35,250 bases of DNA from a bacterium (lineage in GTDB: Bacteria; Margulisbacteria; WOR-1; O2-12-FULL-45-9), in the NCBI GenBank assembly GCA_043811955.1, contig JBDRMQ010000092.1:1-35250 (forward strand), in the 5' to 3' direction. The position numbers and the translations under genes are program-made. Under the pieces are notes generated by a model that saw only the letters and a list, made by a program, of their open reading frames with translations, ran no database searches and had not been told where the DNA came from. Of the stretch, positions 15,238 through 24,338 are shown in pieces; the stretch's first letter is position 1; each line of letters opens with the position of its first letter.

Positions 15238-16602
15238 CTACTTGCCTATGCAAAATTGATCAAAAATCGTGTTAATAATTTCATCAGAAACGATCTCCCC
15301 TGTCACCTCGCCCAAGGCCACAATCGATTCCTTAAGATCAACCGCAATAAACTCGGGAGAGAGCTTTTTTGAAACTGTCTCAGCTGATTTAACAAGTGAT
15401 CCTTGCGCCCGGGATAAACATTCTTTATGGCGCGAATTGATTATAACAGAAGAGCTGCTTTCCTGTCCAAGATTTTTTTGGACCTCATTAAAAATGCCAA
15501 GCGAAAGCTCGTGAACCCCCGCCCCTGTTAAAGCGGAAACATCAAAAAAAATCTTCCCCAACCCCTTGTCATTCAAGCGTTTCGGAAGATCTGACTTGTT
15601 TAAAACAACGACCCCCGGCTTCCCTCTTGCTTTATCCAAAACCATTTTGTCTAACGCGTCAATTTCTTGGGAGCGGTCTAGAACAATTAAAACAAAATCA
15701 GCTGCAGCCAGCTCTTTTTCTGTTCGCTCAATCCCAGAGCCCTCTAGCCGATCTTTTGTCTGCCTCAGCCCAGCCGTATCAATAATCCGTAGCGGTAGAC
15801 CATTAATATTAATCAACTCTTCAATCGCATCTCGAGTGGTCCCAGGAACATCTGTAACAATAGCCCTCTCTTCTTTTAAAAAAGCGTTGAGCAGGCTTGA
15901 CTTACCAACATTTGGCTTCCCAATTATAGCAGTGGATAACCCTTCTCGATAAATTTTGCCTGATGAAGCAGAGGCCAAAAGCTGGGAAACCTCTGAGATA
16001 ATCGCGTTTATTCCCAGCTGAAAGCGGCTGTAATCAAGCGGGGGAAGATCATCGGAAAAATCAAGGGCCCCCTCAAGCTCTGCCTGAAGATTAACCAAGC
16101 GCAGCCTAAGATTGTTAACTGTTTTTGAGAGCCTTCCCTCAAGCTGCTGCAAAGCAAAGCCTGCCCCTTTAGCTGTCGGCGCCTGAATAAGGGCCAGCAC
16201 TGCCTCAGACTGAGAGAGATCGAGCTTCTTGTTGAGAAAAGCACGTTTTGTAAACTCCCCGCGCTGGGCTAGCCGAGCCCCCTGAGCAAGGACTAACGCA
16301 AGAACCTGCTGCAGCACAGCCTGCCCCCCATGACAATAAATTTCAGCAACATCTTCACCAGTAAATGATTTTGGGGATTGCATATAACAAGCCATTGCCT
16401 CGTCAATGTGTTTCCCATTGTCGGGGTCAACAAGCAAGCCGTGAAGCATTTGATGAGATTTGATTTCTTGCTCGCAGGAAGGCTTATAGATTTTTTCGAG
16501 AAGGGGCTTTGCGCCATCACCGCTAATCCTGACAATCCCTACCCCGCCAATACCAATTGGGGTAGCAATTGCAGTTATTGTATCATCGGCAAATTGTTTC
16601 AT
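15238..16602 (-). CDS. mnmE: tRNA uridine-5-carboxymethylaminomethyl modification GTPase
   Basis: DTITAIATP, G1 GKPNVGKSS, DTAG, and C-terminal CIGK. I prefer the ATG at 16602, which has GGGGAGA 9 nt upstream, over the TTG at 16611. Confidence 0.92.
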   Translation of the reverse strand: MKQFADDTITAIATPIGIGGVGIVRISGDGAKPLLEKIYKPSCEQEIKSHQMLHGLLVDPDNGKHIDEAMACYMQSPKSFTGEDVAEIYCHGGQAVLQQVLALVLAQGARLAQRGEFTKRAFLNKKLDLSQSEAVLALIQAPTAKGAGFALQQLEGRLSKTVNNLRLRLVNLQAELEGALDFSDDLPPLDYSRFQLGINAIISEVSQLLASASSGKIYREGLSTAIIGKPNVGKSSLLNAFLKEERAIVTDVPGTTRDAIEELININGLPLRIIDTAGLRQTKDRLEGSGIERTEKELAAADFVLIVLDRSQEIDALDKMVLDKARGKPGVVVLNKSDLPKRLNDKGLGKIFFDVSALTGAGVHELSLGIFNEVQKNLGQESSSSVIINSRHKECLSRAQGSLVKSAETVSKKLSPEFIAVDLKESIVALGEVTGEIVSDEIINTIFDQFCIGK

Positions 16603-16617
16603 GTGAAACAATCTCCC

Positions 16618-17235
16618 CTATTTGGGGGCAACAATCAACCGACGTTCTCGCCCCTCACCCTTACTATAAGATGTCACCTCAGGATTATCCTTTAAGTACA
16701 TATGAACAATTCTGCGATCCGCAGGGGTCATTGGAGGAAGAACTTTTTCCTGGCCAGTCTGCTGAACCTCGTCAGCAACGTCTTTGGCCAAGCGCTCAAG
16801 AGAGTTGTTTCTCTTGTCTTTGTACCCATCAGCATCAATGTTCACCCTAACCCGATCGTCGTGCAATCGGCTTACGATTGAACCAACCAAAATTTCAAGA
16901 GAGCGCAATGTTGCCCCATCTTTGCCAATTATTCGCCCCATATCCTCGCCCTTAATGTCAAGCTTAATATATTCCCCATCAATAGAGGCCTCAACCATAG
17001 AGACAAAGGTCATCTTGTCTAAAATATCTTGTAAAGTATCCTTTGCGTCGTCTTGCTTACTCCCCTTTAACACAACCTCAACCTCAGCCTCTTCTCCGCC
17101 AATCATCCCCAGCATGCCAGCCTTTCCCTTAGACAAAACAACAACCTTGGCCTGCTCCCTCTCTCCCCCCAACACTTTTAAAGCTGCCTCAACCGCATCG
17201 TCAACATTTTTCCCTTTCATTACTATCCGTTTCAT
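16618..17235 (-). CDS. jag: Jag/KhpB RNA-binding protein (Jag_N, KH, R3H)
   Basis: N-terminal KGKNVDDAVEAALKVLG, KH-like GRIIGKDGATL, R3H-like PMTPADRRIVH. Conserved position after yidC. Confidence 0.85.
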   Translation of the reverse strand: MKRIVMKGKNVDDAVEAALKVLGGEREQAKVVVLSKGKAGMLGMIGGEEAEVEVVLKGSKQDDAKDTLQDILDKMTFVSMVEASIDGEYIKLDIKGEDMGRIIGKDGATLRSLEILVGSIVSRLHDDRVRVNIDADGYKDKRNNSLERLAKDVADEVQQTGQEKVLPPMTPADRRIVHMYLKDNPEVTSYSKGEGRERRLIVAPK

Positions 17236-17251
17236 ATGAAACCCCCTTGAA

Positions 17252-18184
17252 TTAAGCCTTACGCATTATATAATACTGTTGCATAGCAGCAACAGCATTT
17301 GACACAAGCCAATAAAGCTGGACCCCGGCTGGGAAATTCCAGCAAATAAAAACAAGAAAAACAGGCATAATCATGGCCATCGTCTTAGCTTGGTCTCCAG
17401 ACCCAGCCGCAGGCATTGACTTCTGCATAAAAAAAGTAGTTATGCCGACCAAGAAAGCAAGCAAGGAAATAGGGCCAAACGGGGTCTCGACCCGATCAGG
17501 TTTTGCCAACGTGTTTGTTTCATCCCAAGCAGCAACAATTGCCCCTACATCATCTTCGGACAAACCCTTAACAACCTTTGCTAAACCCTCGCTAGCTTTC
17601 TTCAAATCATCAATATTCTTCACATTAATCCCCCATAAAACATCCTTAAGCATCTTATCCCCTACCTCATGGGTTAGATTCCAGACAAACCGCTCTTTCC
17701 TCGCTGAAGAAGATTGCTCATCCAAAATAATTAATTTAGCCGCCTCTAATTTCTTAATTAATTGCTCAGAGCCAAACGCACTGCCATTCACTCTTCCGTT
17801 AATCCACAGAAACCTTGTATTACTCAAGGGATCAGAGGTAATTCCCAAAAAGGCTGTGCTTTGAAAAGCCCAAAAAAGAGCCAAAAAAAACGGGATCTTT
17901 AAAAGCATTGGCAAACACCCGCCTAGAGGATTTATCCCCTCAGATTTATAAAGGCCCATCGTCTCCTTTTGCAATTCTTTTGGATCATCCTTATATTTTT
18001 CCTGCAATGCCTTTAACTTTGGCTGCATCTTCTGCATGGCTCCCATTGATTTTATAGAAGCTAAAGTTAAAGGATAAAGAGCCAAATTAACAGCAATGGT
18101 CAACCAAATAATCCCCCATCCATAACCACCAAAAAAAGAAAAAAATCTTAACGCATCAATCATCATGTCGGATAATATTTTCAT
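17252..18184 (-). CDS. yidC: membrane protein insertase YidC (short form, with an unusual ~100-aa loop insert)
   Basis: GINPLGGCLP, FLWI and LYWLVSN motifs. GGAGG lies 6 nt before the ATG at 18184 (MKILSD). Confidence 0.88.
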   Translation of the reverse strand: MKILSDMMIDALRFFSFFGGYGWGIIWLTIAVNLALYPLTLASIKSMGAMQKMQPKLKALQEKYKDDPKELQKETMGLYKSEGINPLGGCLPMLLKIPFFLALFWAFQSTAFLGITSDPLSNTRFLWINGRVNGSAFGSEQLIKKLEAAKLIILDEQSSSARKERFVWNLTHEVGDKMLKDVLWGINVKNIDDLKKASEGLAKVVKGLSEDDVGAIVAAWDETNTLAKPDRVETPFGPISLLAFLVGITTFFMQKSMPAAGSGDQAKTMAMIMPVFLVFICWNFPAGVQLYWLVSNAVAAMQQYYIMRKA

Positions 18185-18325
18185 TACAAACCTCCACAAA
18201 TTGTTTCACCCGCCTACCGGCAGGCGGGCATGAGACAAGACAATGTCGCACTCAAACAAATTACAGCAACAAAAACTCAGTCTTTTTATTAAAAAAACAA
18301 CAAAAAAGCCAGTGTCGAATAATTA

Positions 18326-18529
18326 TTATGGGACAGGGTCAAGCCCGCCAATAAAAAACTGATTGCACTTAATTATGCGTTTTAAGGCTAAAAATCCGCC
18401 ATACGTAAGTCCATGCTTTTCGATCGCCTCTTCTGTGTAATGAGAACAAGACGGGAAATACCTGCAAGCTGGCGCTCCAAACTTTAATTTTCTATATAAA
18501 AAGAATAACAATCTAATTATGCGACGCAT
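18326..18529 (-). CDS. yidD: membrane protein insertion efficiency factor YidD
   Basis: CRYFPSCSHYTEEAIEKHG signature. Confidence 0.85.
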   Translation of the reverse strand: MRRIIRLLFFLYRKLKFGAPACRYFPSCSHYTEEAIEKHGLTYGGFLALKRIIKCNQFFIGGLDPVP

Positions 18530-18531
18530 CT

Positions 18532-18870
18532 CTAGATAACACCTATTTTCCTCAAGCAGCTATCAAGTGCTACTTGAGCTTTGTTCGAATCTTTACCAAT
18601 CATTTGTGTCGACGGAAAAACAGCAACGTCAAGGTTGTTTTTAATCTTGGGCAAAACAGTGGCAAAGGCTGCGCCAACAATTCGCCTAAGCCTATTTCTA
18701 ACATTGGCTTTGCCAAGTTTTTTAGACGTAACAACAACCAGCCGCGAGATCTCTCTGTGATTGTCTTTGGCGACGAGATAGAGTAGGGGGTGTCTCTGTT
18801 GATACTGTTTCTGTTTTAAAGTTTGTCTAATCTCAGACTCGCGAGAAAGCCGTGCTCTTTTAGGGAGCAA
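18532..18870 (-). CDS. rnpA: ribonuclease P protein component
   Basis: Basic protein immediately after rpm[13 protein letters not shown] and RNRLRR motifs. TTG start overlaps the rpmH end by 11 nt. Confidence 0.8.
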   Translation of the reverse strand: MLPKRARLSRESEIRQTLKQKQYQQRHPLLYLVAKDNHREISRLVVVTSKKLGKANVRNRLRRIVGAAFATVLPKIKNNLDVAVFPSTQMIGKDSNKAQVALDSCLRKIGVI

Positions 18871-18997
18871 GGCGCGCTCTGCCCTTTTTCCGCCGATTCT
18901 TTAAAACTCGCCTGCCGCCCTTGGTCTTTGTTTTGGCGCGAAAGCCGTGCGTTTTCTTCCGTCTCCTCTTATGAGGCTGAAAAGTTCTTTTTACCAT
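18860..18997 (-). CDS. rpmH: 50S ribosomal protein L34 (45 aa; not in the ORF track)
   Basis: Hand translation of the minus strand: [45 protein letters not shown]. Confidence 0.9.
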   Translation of the reverse strand: MVKRTFQPHKRRRKKTHGFRAKTKTKGGRRVLKNRRKKGRARLAP

Positions 18998-19004
18998 GAT
19001 CATA

Positions 19005-19033
19005 ATTATATTTTATTTATAATATTGTGTCAA
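19005..19033 (-). promoter_or_regulatory. consensus promoter of the rpmH operon, leaderless-type
   Basis: The minus strand reads TTGACA (19033-19028), 17 nt, TATAAT (19010-19005), 7 nt, ATG at 18997. Confidence 0.65.
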
Positions 19034-19091
19034 GCAATTGTTTAGTAAGTATTCAGAGTTCTGGAAACAGAACAGACACATTATTTAGTCC

Positions 19092-19129
19092 TTGCATATA
19101 ACAACCGACATTGCTATAATTTCTCCACA
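19092..19129 (+). promoter_or_regulatory. candidate dnaA promoter abutted by a DnaA box
   Basis: TTGCAT (19092-19097), 17 nt, TATAAT (19115-19120), immediately followed by TTCTCCACA (19121-19129; 8 of 9 to TTATCCACA). Confidence 0.5.
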
Positions 19130-19183
19130 TCGTAGCTCGCCTGCCCATCAGCAAGGCAGCTTGTTGCTTGTAAATTCGGCGCT

Positions 19184-19294
19184 TGTGGATATCATGTTGA
19201 TAAAGATGTTAATAATTATTCGTAAGCCATGATTTTTAGCTTGGCACAAGGGTTTTATTAAATACAGAAAAAGTTATTAACAGCCTGTGGATAA
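19184..19294. promoter_or_regulatory. DnaA boxes upstream of dnaA
   Basis: tgtggatat at 19184-19192 (reverse complement ATATCCACA) and tgtggataa at 19286-19294 (perfect TTATCCACA on the minus strand). Confidence 0.6.
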
Positions 19295-19300
19295 ATTAAA

Positions 19301-20662
19301 ATGAATGATCAAGAAGAGCTATCCCAACTTTGGGATAGCGTAATACCAAACCTTGAAAAGAGTTTAAATAAACCAATTTATGAAACTTTGTTGTCATCAA
19401 CAAAGCCCCATCAAATTGAGGGGGGGGTGCTGCAAATCGCAGTGCCAAGCCAAGTGGTGAAAGATTGGCTATCAAAGCATTGCGTAACCTTATTAGAGCT
19501 GGAAGTTCGCCAAGCTAATCCAAATGTTTCTTCTGTAAATTTTTTTGTTGGGCAAGCAGATCTTTTTACCACGCCCATCCTTGAGCAAACAGCTTATCGG
19601 GTCGAGGGGCCAAGCAAGCCAGCGGTTGCTTTTTTAAATCCTCGTTATACTTTTGATCACTTTGTAGTAGGGCATGGCAACCGCTTTGCCCATGCGGCCT
19701 CTCTGGCCGTAGCAGAGGCGCCAGCCAAGGCCTACAATCCATTATTTTTATATGGTGGGGTAGGGCTGGGTAAAACACATTTAATGCAAGCCATCGGCCA
19801 CCATGTTGCTTCTTTAAACGCTCAGGCCAAGATCTTATACATTTCCTCAGAAACATTTACTAATGAAATGATCAATTCAATTAGGGACGATAAGACAGGC
19901 CAGTTTAGAAATAAATATCGCAACATTGATGTTTTATTGGTTGATGATATTCAATTTTTAGCTGGTAAAGAGCGGACCCAAGAAGAGTTTTTCCATACAT
20001 TCAATGCTTTATACGAAGCAGAAAAACAAATTGTTGTTAGCTCGGATCGTCCGCCAAAAGAGATACCAACGCTTGAGGAGCGGCTCAGATCACGCTTTGA
20101 ATGGGGCTTAACCGCCGACATCCAGGCACCTGACTTTGAAACAAGAATTGCTATTCTAAGAAAAAAAGCAGAGCAAAGCAATATCGCTATTTCCAATGAG
20201 ATCCTGACCTACATTGCTAGCCAGGTTGCCTCAAATATCCGAGAACTTGAGGGGGCTTTGATCCGGGTGGTAGCCTTTGCCTCTCTCAACAATGCTGAAA
20301 TAAACTCTGATTTAGTTGATAATGTTCTTCGGGACATTATCAAAACAAAAAACAAAACCAATAATAGTCTTTCTATTGATTTAATTAAGAAAGTAACAGC
20401 GCAGCATTACGGCATTCGGCTTGATGATCTATCAGCCAAAATCAGGACAAAGGAGATTGCCTTAACTAGACAAGTGGCTATGTATTTAAGCCGAGAGTTA
20501 ACTCGTTCCTCGCTGCCTAAAATCGGGAGTGAGTTTGGCGGCCGGGACCACACCACCGTGATGCATGCTTGTGAAAAAATAAAAGTTGGTTTGAAAAACG
20601 ATCAGTCAATCATTGAAGCGATAAAAAAGATTTCGGGAAAATTAAAAAGTTATTCGCCCTAG
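19301..20662 (+). CDS. dnaA: chromosomal replication initiator protein DnaA
   Basis: Walker [11 protein letters not shown], Walker [11 protein letters not shown]-terminal DNA-binding region [11 protein letters not shown]. Confidence 0.95.
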   Translation: MNDQEELSQLWDSVIPNLEKSLNKPIYETLLSSTKPHQIEGGVLQIAVPSQVVKDWLSKHCVTLLELEVRQANPNVSSVNFFVGQADLFTTPILEQTAYRVEGPSKPAVAFLNPRYTFDHFVVGHGNRFAHAASLAVAEAPAKAYNPLFLYGGVGLGKTHLMQAIGHHVASLNAQAKILYISSETFTNEMINSIRDDKTGQFRNKYRNIDVLLVDDIQFLAGKERTQEEFFHTFNALYEAEKQIVVSSDRPPKEIPTLEERLRSRFEWGLTADIQAPDFETRIAILRKKAEQSNIAISNEILTYIASQVASNIRELEGALIRVVAFASLNNAEINSDLVDNVLRDIIKTKNKTNNSLSIDLIKKVTAQHYGIRLDDLSAKIRTKEIALTRQVAMYLSRELTRSSLPKIGSEFGGRDHTTVMHACEKIKVGLKNDQSIIEAIKKISGKLKSYSP

Positions 20663-20871
20663 CTTGTGAATATCTGTTAATAACTATGTGGACATAATAG
20701 TTATTAACATTTTATTAAAGTTGGTTGTGGAAAAAAAAATAGTCTTTTTGTGTTAGGAGCTATAAATTCTTTGCTTGTCCACATTTACACAGGGACTACT
20801 ATTACTAACTTTTATATATTATAATAATAAGGCAGAAAAAATCAGTGGATAAACAGGAGGACTAAAACAGA
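20663..20871. other. candidate oriC (DnaA-box cluster plus AT-rich unwinding region) in the dnaA-dnaN spacer
   Basis: Boxes at 20665-20673 (tgtgaatat), 20687-20695 (tgtggacat), 20726-20734 (tgtggaaaa), 20775-20783 (ttgtccaca) and 20844-20852 (agtggataa). AT-rich tttatatattataataataa at about 20811-20830. Confidence 0.6.
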
Positions 20872-22014
20872 ATGGAGTTTACAATAAATAAGAGAGATCT
20901 CCAAAATGGTGTTTCCGCGGTCGAAAAAATTGTTACTACCAGAAGTACGCTCCCGATTATTGGTTATCTTCTTTTTGATGTAAAAAAGAAAGGGGTTAAG
21001 ATTTCGGCTAATAATCTTGAGATGGGAATTGAGTTTGGCATTGCCTCTAATGTAACCAAGGAGGGAACTGTTTTGGTCCCAGCAAAAACCTTGAGTGGGA
21101 TTGTCTCTAAATTGCCTGATGCAGATGTCTCCTTTAAATTGAACGAGAAGGGGACTATCAAAATTTCTTTTAATCAATCTAATTTTAATGTCCACACCCT
21201 GCCGCCTGACGAATTTCCTGCTTTAGCTAAAGTAAAAGATGGTAAATCATTCCTAATTAATTCAGTCATTTTTTCTTCCATGATTAAACAGACTATTTTT
21301 TCTGTTTCCAGCAGTGAGGATAAACATGTTTTATCAGGTGTTTTACTTGAATTTGGCAAAAGTTCTCGCTCTGGTGATAGTTCTAATTTTCGGATGGTCT
21401 CAACTGATGGCTATCGCTTAGCTAAGAGGGGAGAGAGCTTGGACTTGAAAGCCGATGTTAAAGGGGCTGTTATTGTTCCAGCCAAGGCACTACAAGAAAT
21501 TGCTAGGATCATTGATTTAGAAAAAGGCGAAGGCCCGATTGAAATTACCTTTGCTAATGACCAAATCTCTTTTAAGTATAATGAGGTTTATTTAGTTTCT
21601 CGAGTAATCCAGGGACAATTTCCTGACTATCGTCAAGTCCTGCCCAAAAAGAGCGCGACGAAAATAGAGATAAATAGGAAGCTATTATTAGCTTCATCTG
21701 AACGGGCAGCTGTAATTGCGGCAGGTTCAGCCAACATTGTGCGCTTTGATGTTAGGGATGATAAGCTGCGTTTATTTGCCAGCACCCCTGATGTTGGGAC
21801 GGTTGATGAAGTTTTAGACGCGAAAATAACTGGGCAAGGGACGGCTCAAATCGCGTTTAATATTCGTTTAATAACAGATGTTTTAAAAGTTCTTGAAGGG
21901 GAAAATATAATTATTGAATTAAGCGAAGCCCTGGGGCCTGGCCTTATTCAGGGTGAGGGTGAGGCTAATTATTTTTATATAGTTATGCCGATTAAAACCC
22001 AAGAGACCTCTTAA
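20872..22014 (+). CDS. dnaN: DNA polymerase III beta sliding clamp
   Basis: Position after dnaA, length of 380 aa, motifs LPIIGYLLF, MVSTDGYRLA and GPGLI. GGAGG SD. Confidence 0.93.
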   Translation: MEFTINKRDLQNGVSAVEKIVTTRSTLPIIGYLLFDVKKKGVKISANNLEMGIEFGIASNVTKEGTVLVPAKTLSGIVSKLPDADVSFKLNEKGTIKISFNQSNFNVHTLPPDEFPALAKVKDGKSFLINSVIFSSMIKQTIFSVSSSEDKHVLSGVLLEFGKSSRSGDSSNFRMVSTDGYRLAKRGESLDLKADVKGAVIVPAKALQEIARIIDLEKGEGPIEITFANDQISFKYNEVYLVSRVIQGQFPDYRQVLPKKSATKIEINRKLLLASSERAAVIAAGSANIVRFDVRDDKLRLFASTPDVGTVDEVLDAKITGQGTAQIAFNIRLITDVLKVLEGENIIIELSEALGPGLIQGEGEANYFYIVMPIKTQETS

Positions 22015-22298
22015 TGGCAGAGAAGTTGGCTGATGTTTTAGGCGGGATGGATTTTGGGGTGGGGGGAGCGATCAAGATTTGCGGCTTGCTCGCGCTTTGG
22101 CCTGACGTAGTTGATGAAAAAGTTTGCCGAAATACCGAGGCGGTTAAGATTAATAACAAGGTATTATATGTTTCAACTACTTCGCCAGCTTGGGCCCAGG
22201 AATTAACTTTTTTAAAGATAGCAATTATTAAAAAGTTTAATGATTTAGCAGGAAAAGAAGTTATTGTTGATATAAAATTCTCACCAAGGTTAGTTTAA
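22014..22298 (+). CDS. DUF721 (DciA-like/RNA-binding) protein
   Basis: The pattern LWPDVVDEKV...NKVLYVSTTSPAWAQEL...IIKKFN is typical of DUF721, in the dnaN-gyrB position. 1-nt overlap with the dnaN stop. Confidence 0.75.
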   Translation: MAEKLADVLGGMDFGVGGAIKICGLLALWPDVVDEKVCRNTEAVKINNKVLYVSTTSPAWAQELTFLKIAIIKKFNDLAGKEVIVDIKFSPRLV

Positions 22299-22313
22299 GG
22301 AGGGAAAAATAAG

Positions 22314-24281
22314 TTGATGGCAAAAGAAAAAAACCAAACTTTGTACGATGCTTCTAAAATTAAAATCCTGGGCGGGATCGAGGCTGTCCGCAAACGCCCT
22401 GCCATGTATATTGGCTCAACAGGTAAATCTGGGCTTCACCACTTAATTTATGAAGTTGTTGACAATAGCATTGACGAAGCCTTGGCCGGCCATTGCTCCG
22501 CAGTAGAAGTTCTTGTTACCAAAGACAATTATGTTACGGTTATTGATGATGGCCGCGGCATCCCTTTTGATAAACACCCGCAGACAAAGCGCCCAGCCGT
22601 TGAAGTTGTTTTAACAACCCTCCATGCCGGTGGAAAATTTGGCGACTCTGTTTATAAAGTTTCCGGGGGGCTTCACGGAGTAGGCGTTTCCTGTGTTAAT
22701 GCATTATCAGAGTGGATGGAAGCTGAGATAACCAGGGAGGGGGAGACCTATACCCAACACTATGATCGTGGCGTGCCCAAAAAAGAAAAAATTGTTAAAG
22801 CTGCCAGCAAGTCCAAGACCGGGACAACGATAACCTTTAAGCCGGACCCGGAAATTTTTACTGAAACTGTTTTTGAACGCAAGGTCATCGCCCACCGTTT
22901 ACGGGAGCTGGCCTACCTTAATAAAGGGGTTAAAATTGTTTTTACTGATGAGCGGGAAAAAGATAAAGAAAAACGCACGGAAACTTTTCAGTTTGAGGGC
23001 GGGGTGGTCGAATATGTTGAGCATTTAAATGAAAAAAAGGAACGACTTTACAGGCCTCCAGTTCATTTTACCGGGGAAAAAGATAGCGTAGAGGTTGAAG
23101 TAGCGCTGCAGCATTGCATTGATTATTACGACGAGAATATTTATTCCTTTGTTAATTGTATTAAGACTAAAGAGGGCGGGACGCACGAAGTTGGTTTTAA
23201 ATCCGCGCTAACCAAATCAATTAATAACTATGCGCGCAAGAATAATATAGCTAAAGAGAACGAATCCCTCTCTGGCGATGACGTGCGCGAAGGCTTAACC
23301 GCGGTTCTTAGCATTCGTGTCCCTGATCCACAGTTTGAGGGCCAAACAAAAACCAAACTTGGCAATGGTGAGGTTAAGGGGATTGTTGATTCAATTGTTA
23401 CTGATAATATCAATGTTTACCTTGATAAAAACCCTGCGGCTGCTAAGGCGATAATTGAACGGGCTTTGATGGCTTATCGTGTGCGGGCAGCTGCCAGAAA
23501 GGCCCAAGAGCTGGAACGGAAAAAATCAGCCTTGGATACAGCACTTTTGCCAGGCAAACTTGCCGATTGTTCTGAAAGCAACGCGGAAAAGTGCGAGTTG
23601 TTCCTTGTGGAAGGGGACAGTGCCGGCGGCTCGGCAAAACAAGGTCGGGACCGACGTTTTCAGGCGATCCTGCCGCTTCGCGGTAAGATTTTAAATGTTG
23701 AGAAAGCCAGGATTGATAAAATTTTAACTTCCAACGAAATCCGTACCATGATCACCGCGATTGGCCCTGGGGTAATTTCTGGCCTGGGCGGGGAGTCTGA
23801 CAAAGAAGAAATCAGTGACGAAGAATTTTTCAAGAAGTTAAATTATTATAAAGTCGTTATTATGACTGACGCGGATGTTGACGGCGCGCACATTCGAACT
23901 TTGCTTTTAACTTTCTTTTTCCGCTATGCCAGAAAAATGATCGAAGGCGGCCATTTGTATATAGCCCAGCCGCCGCTGTATTTGGTCAAAAAAGGAAAAA
24001 CAGCTGAGTATGTCTACAGCGACAAAGAGCTAGAAAAGGTCTTGAAAAAGATTGGTCGGGACGGGGCGCATTTGCAAAGATATAAAGGTCTAGGTGAGAT
24101 GAACCCTGACCAGCTTTGGGAAACTACCATGAATCCTGAATCCCGCACTTTATTGCAAGTCACACTTGATGATGCTGAATCAGCGGATGATATTTTTAAG
24201 GTCTTGATGGGGTCTGAAGTTGAACCGCGCCGGCAGTTTATCCAAGATAATGCTAAGTATGTGAAACGGCTGGATGTTTAG
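22314..24281 (+). CDS. gyrB: DNA gyrase subunit B
   Basis: YDASKIKILGGIEAVRKRPAMYIGST, GLHH, Toprim EGDSAGG, PLRGKILNVE, DADVDGAHI. The start is either TTG 22314 or ATG 22317. Confidence 0.95.
   Translation: MMAKEKNQTLYDASKIKILGGIEAVRKRPAMYIGSTGKSGLHHLIYEVVDNSIDEALAGHCSAVEVLVTKDNYVTVIDDGRGIPFDKHPQTKRPAVEVVLTTLHAGGKFGDSVYKVSGGLHGVGVSCVNALSEWMEAEITREGETYTQHYDRGVPKKEKIVKAASKSKTGTTITFKPDPEIFTETVFERKVIAHRLRELAYLNKGVKIVFTDEREKDKEKRTETFQFEGGVVEYVEHLNEKKERLYRPPVHFTGEKDSVEVEVALQHCIDYYDENIYSFVNCIKTKEGGTHEVGFKSALTKSINNYARKNNIAKENESLSGDDVREGLTAVLSIRVPDPQFEGQTKTKLGNGEVKGIVDSIVTDNINVYLDKNPAAAKAIIERALMAYRVRAAARKAQELERKKSALDTALLPGKLADCSESNAEKCELFLVEGDSAGGSAKQGRDRRFQAILPLRGKILNVEKARIDKILTSNEIRTMITAIGPGVISGLGGESDKEEISDEEFFKKLNYYKVVIMTDADVDGAHIRTLLLTFFFRYARKMIEGGHLYIAQPPLYLVKKGKTAEYVYSDKELEKVLKKIGRDGAHLQRYKGLGEMNPDQLWETTMNPESRTLLQVTLDDAESADDIFKVLMGSEVEPRRQFIQDNAKYVKRLDV
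24231..24277. repeat. direct repeat L (gyrB 3' end), 47-nt perfect core
   Basis: Identical to 25485-25531. Imperfect similarity extends to about 24223-24281. Confidence 0.9.
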
Positions 24282-24304
24282 CCGCAAAGATATGTAAAAT
24301 GGAC

Positions 24305-24332
24305 TTGACAACTCCAAAAATCCATGTAAAAT
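24305..24332 (+). promoter_or_regulatory. promoter of ATPase copy 3, leaderless-type
   Basis: TTGACA (24305-24310), 16 nt, TAAAAT (24327-24332), 6 nt (ggaggc), ATG at 24339. Confidence 0.6.
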
Positions 24333-24338
24333 GGAGGC

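Noticed and set aside
14349-17239. Multiple plus-strand ORFs (68-151 aa) antisense to folD, mnmE and jag
   Set aside because: They are low-complexity, Ser/Pro-rich translations opposite clearly recognisable conserved genes. These are typical shadow ORFs, as are the other short antisense ORFs in the track.
18209-18228. Hairpin CCCGCCT-accggc-AGGCGGG between yidD and yidC, considered as a terminator
   Set aside because: On the transcribed (minus) strand it is not followed by a U-run, and it lies just before the yidC SD. At most it is a processing or attenuating stem. The evidence is insufficient.
22014-22313. Absence of recF between dnaN and gyrB, considered as a deletion
   Set aside because: dnaN-DUF721-gyrB without recF is a common arrangement in many lineages. 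There are no remnants or scars here.
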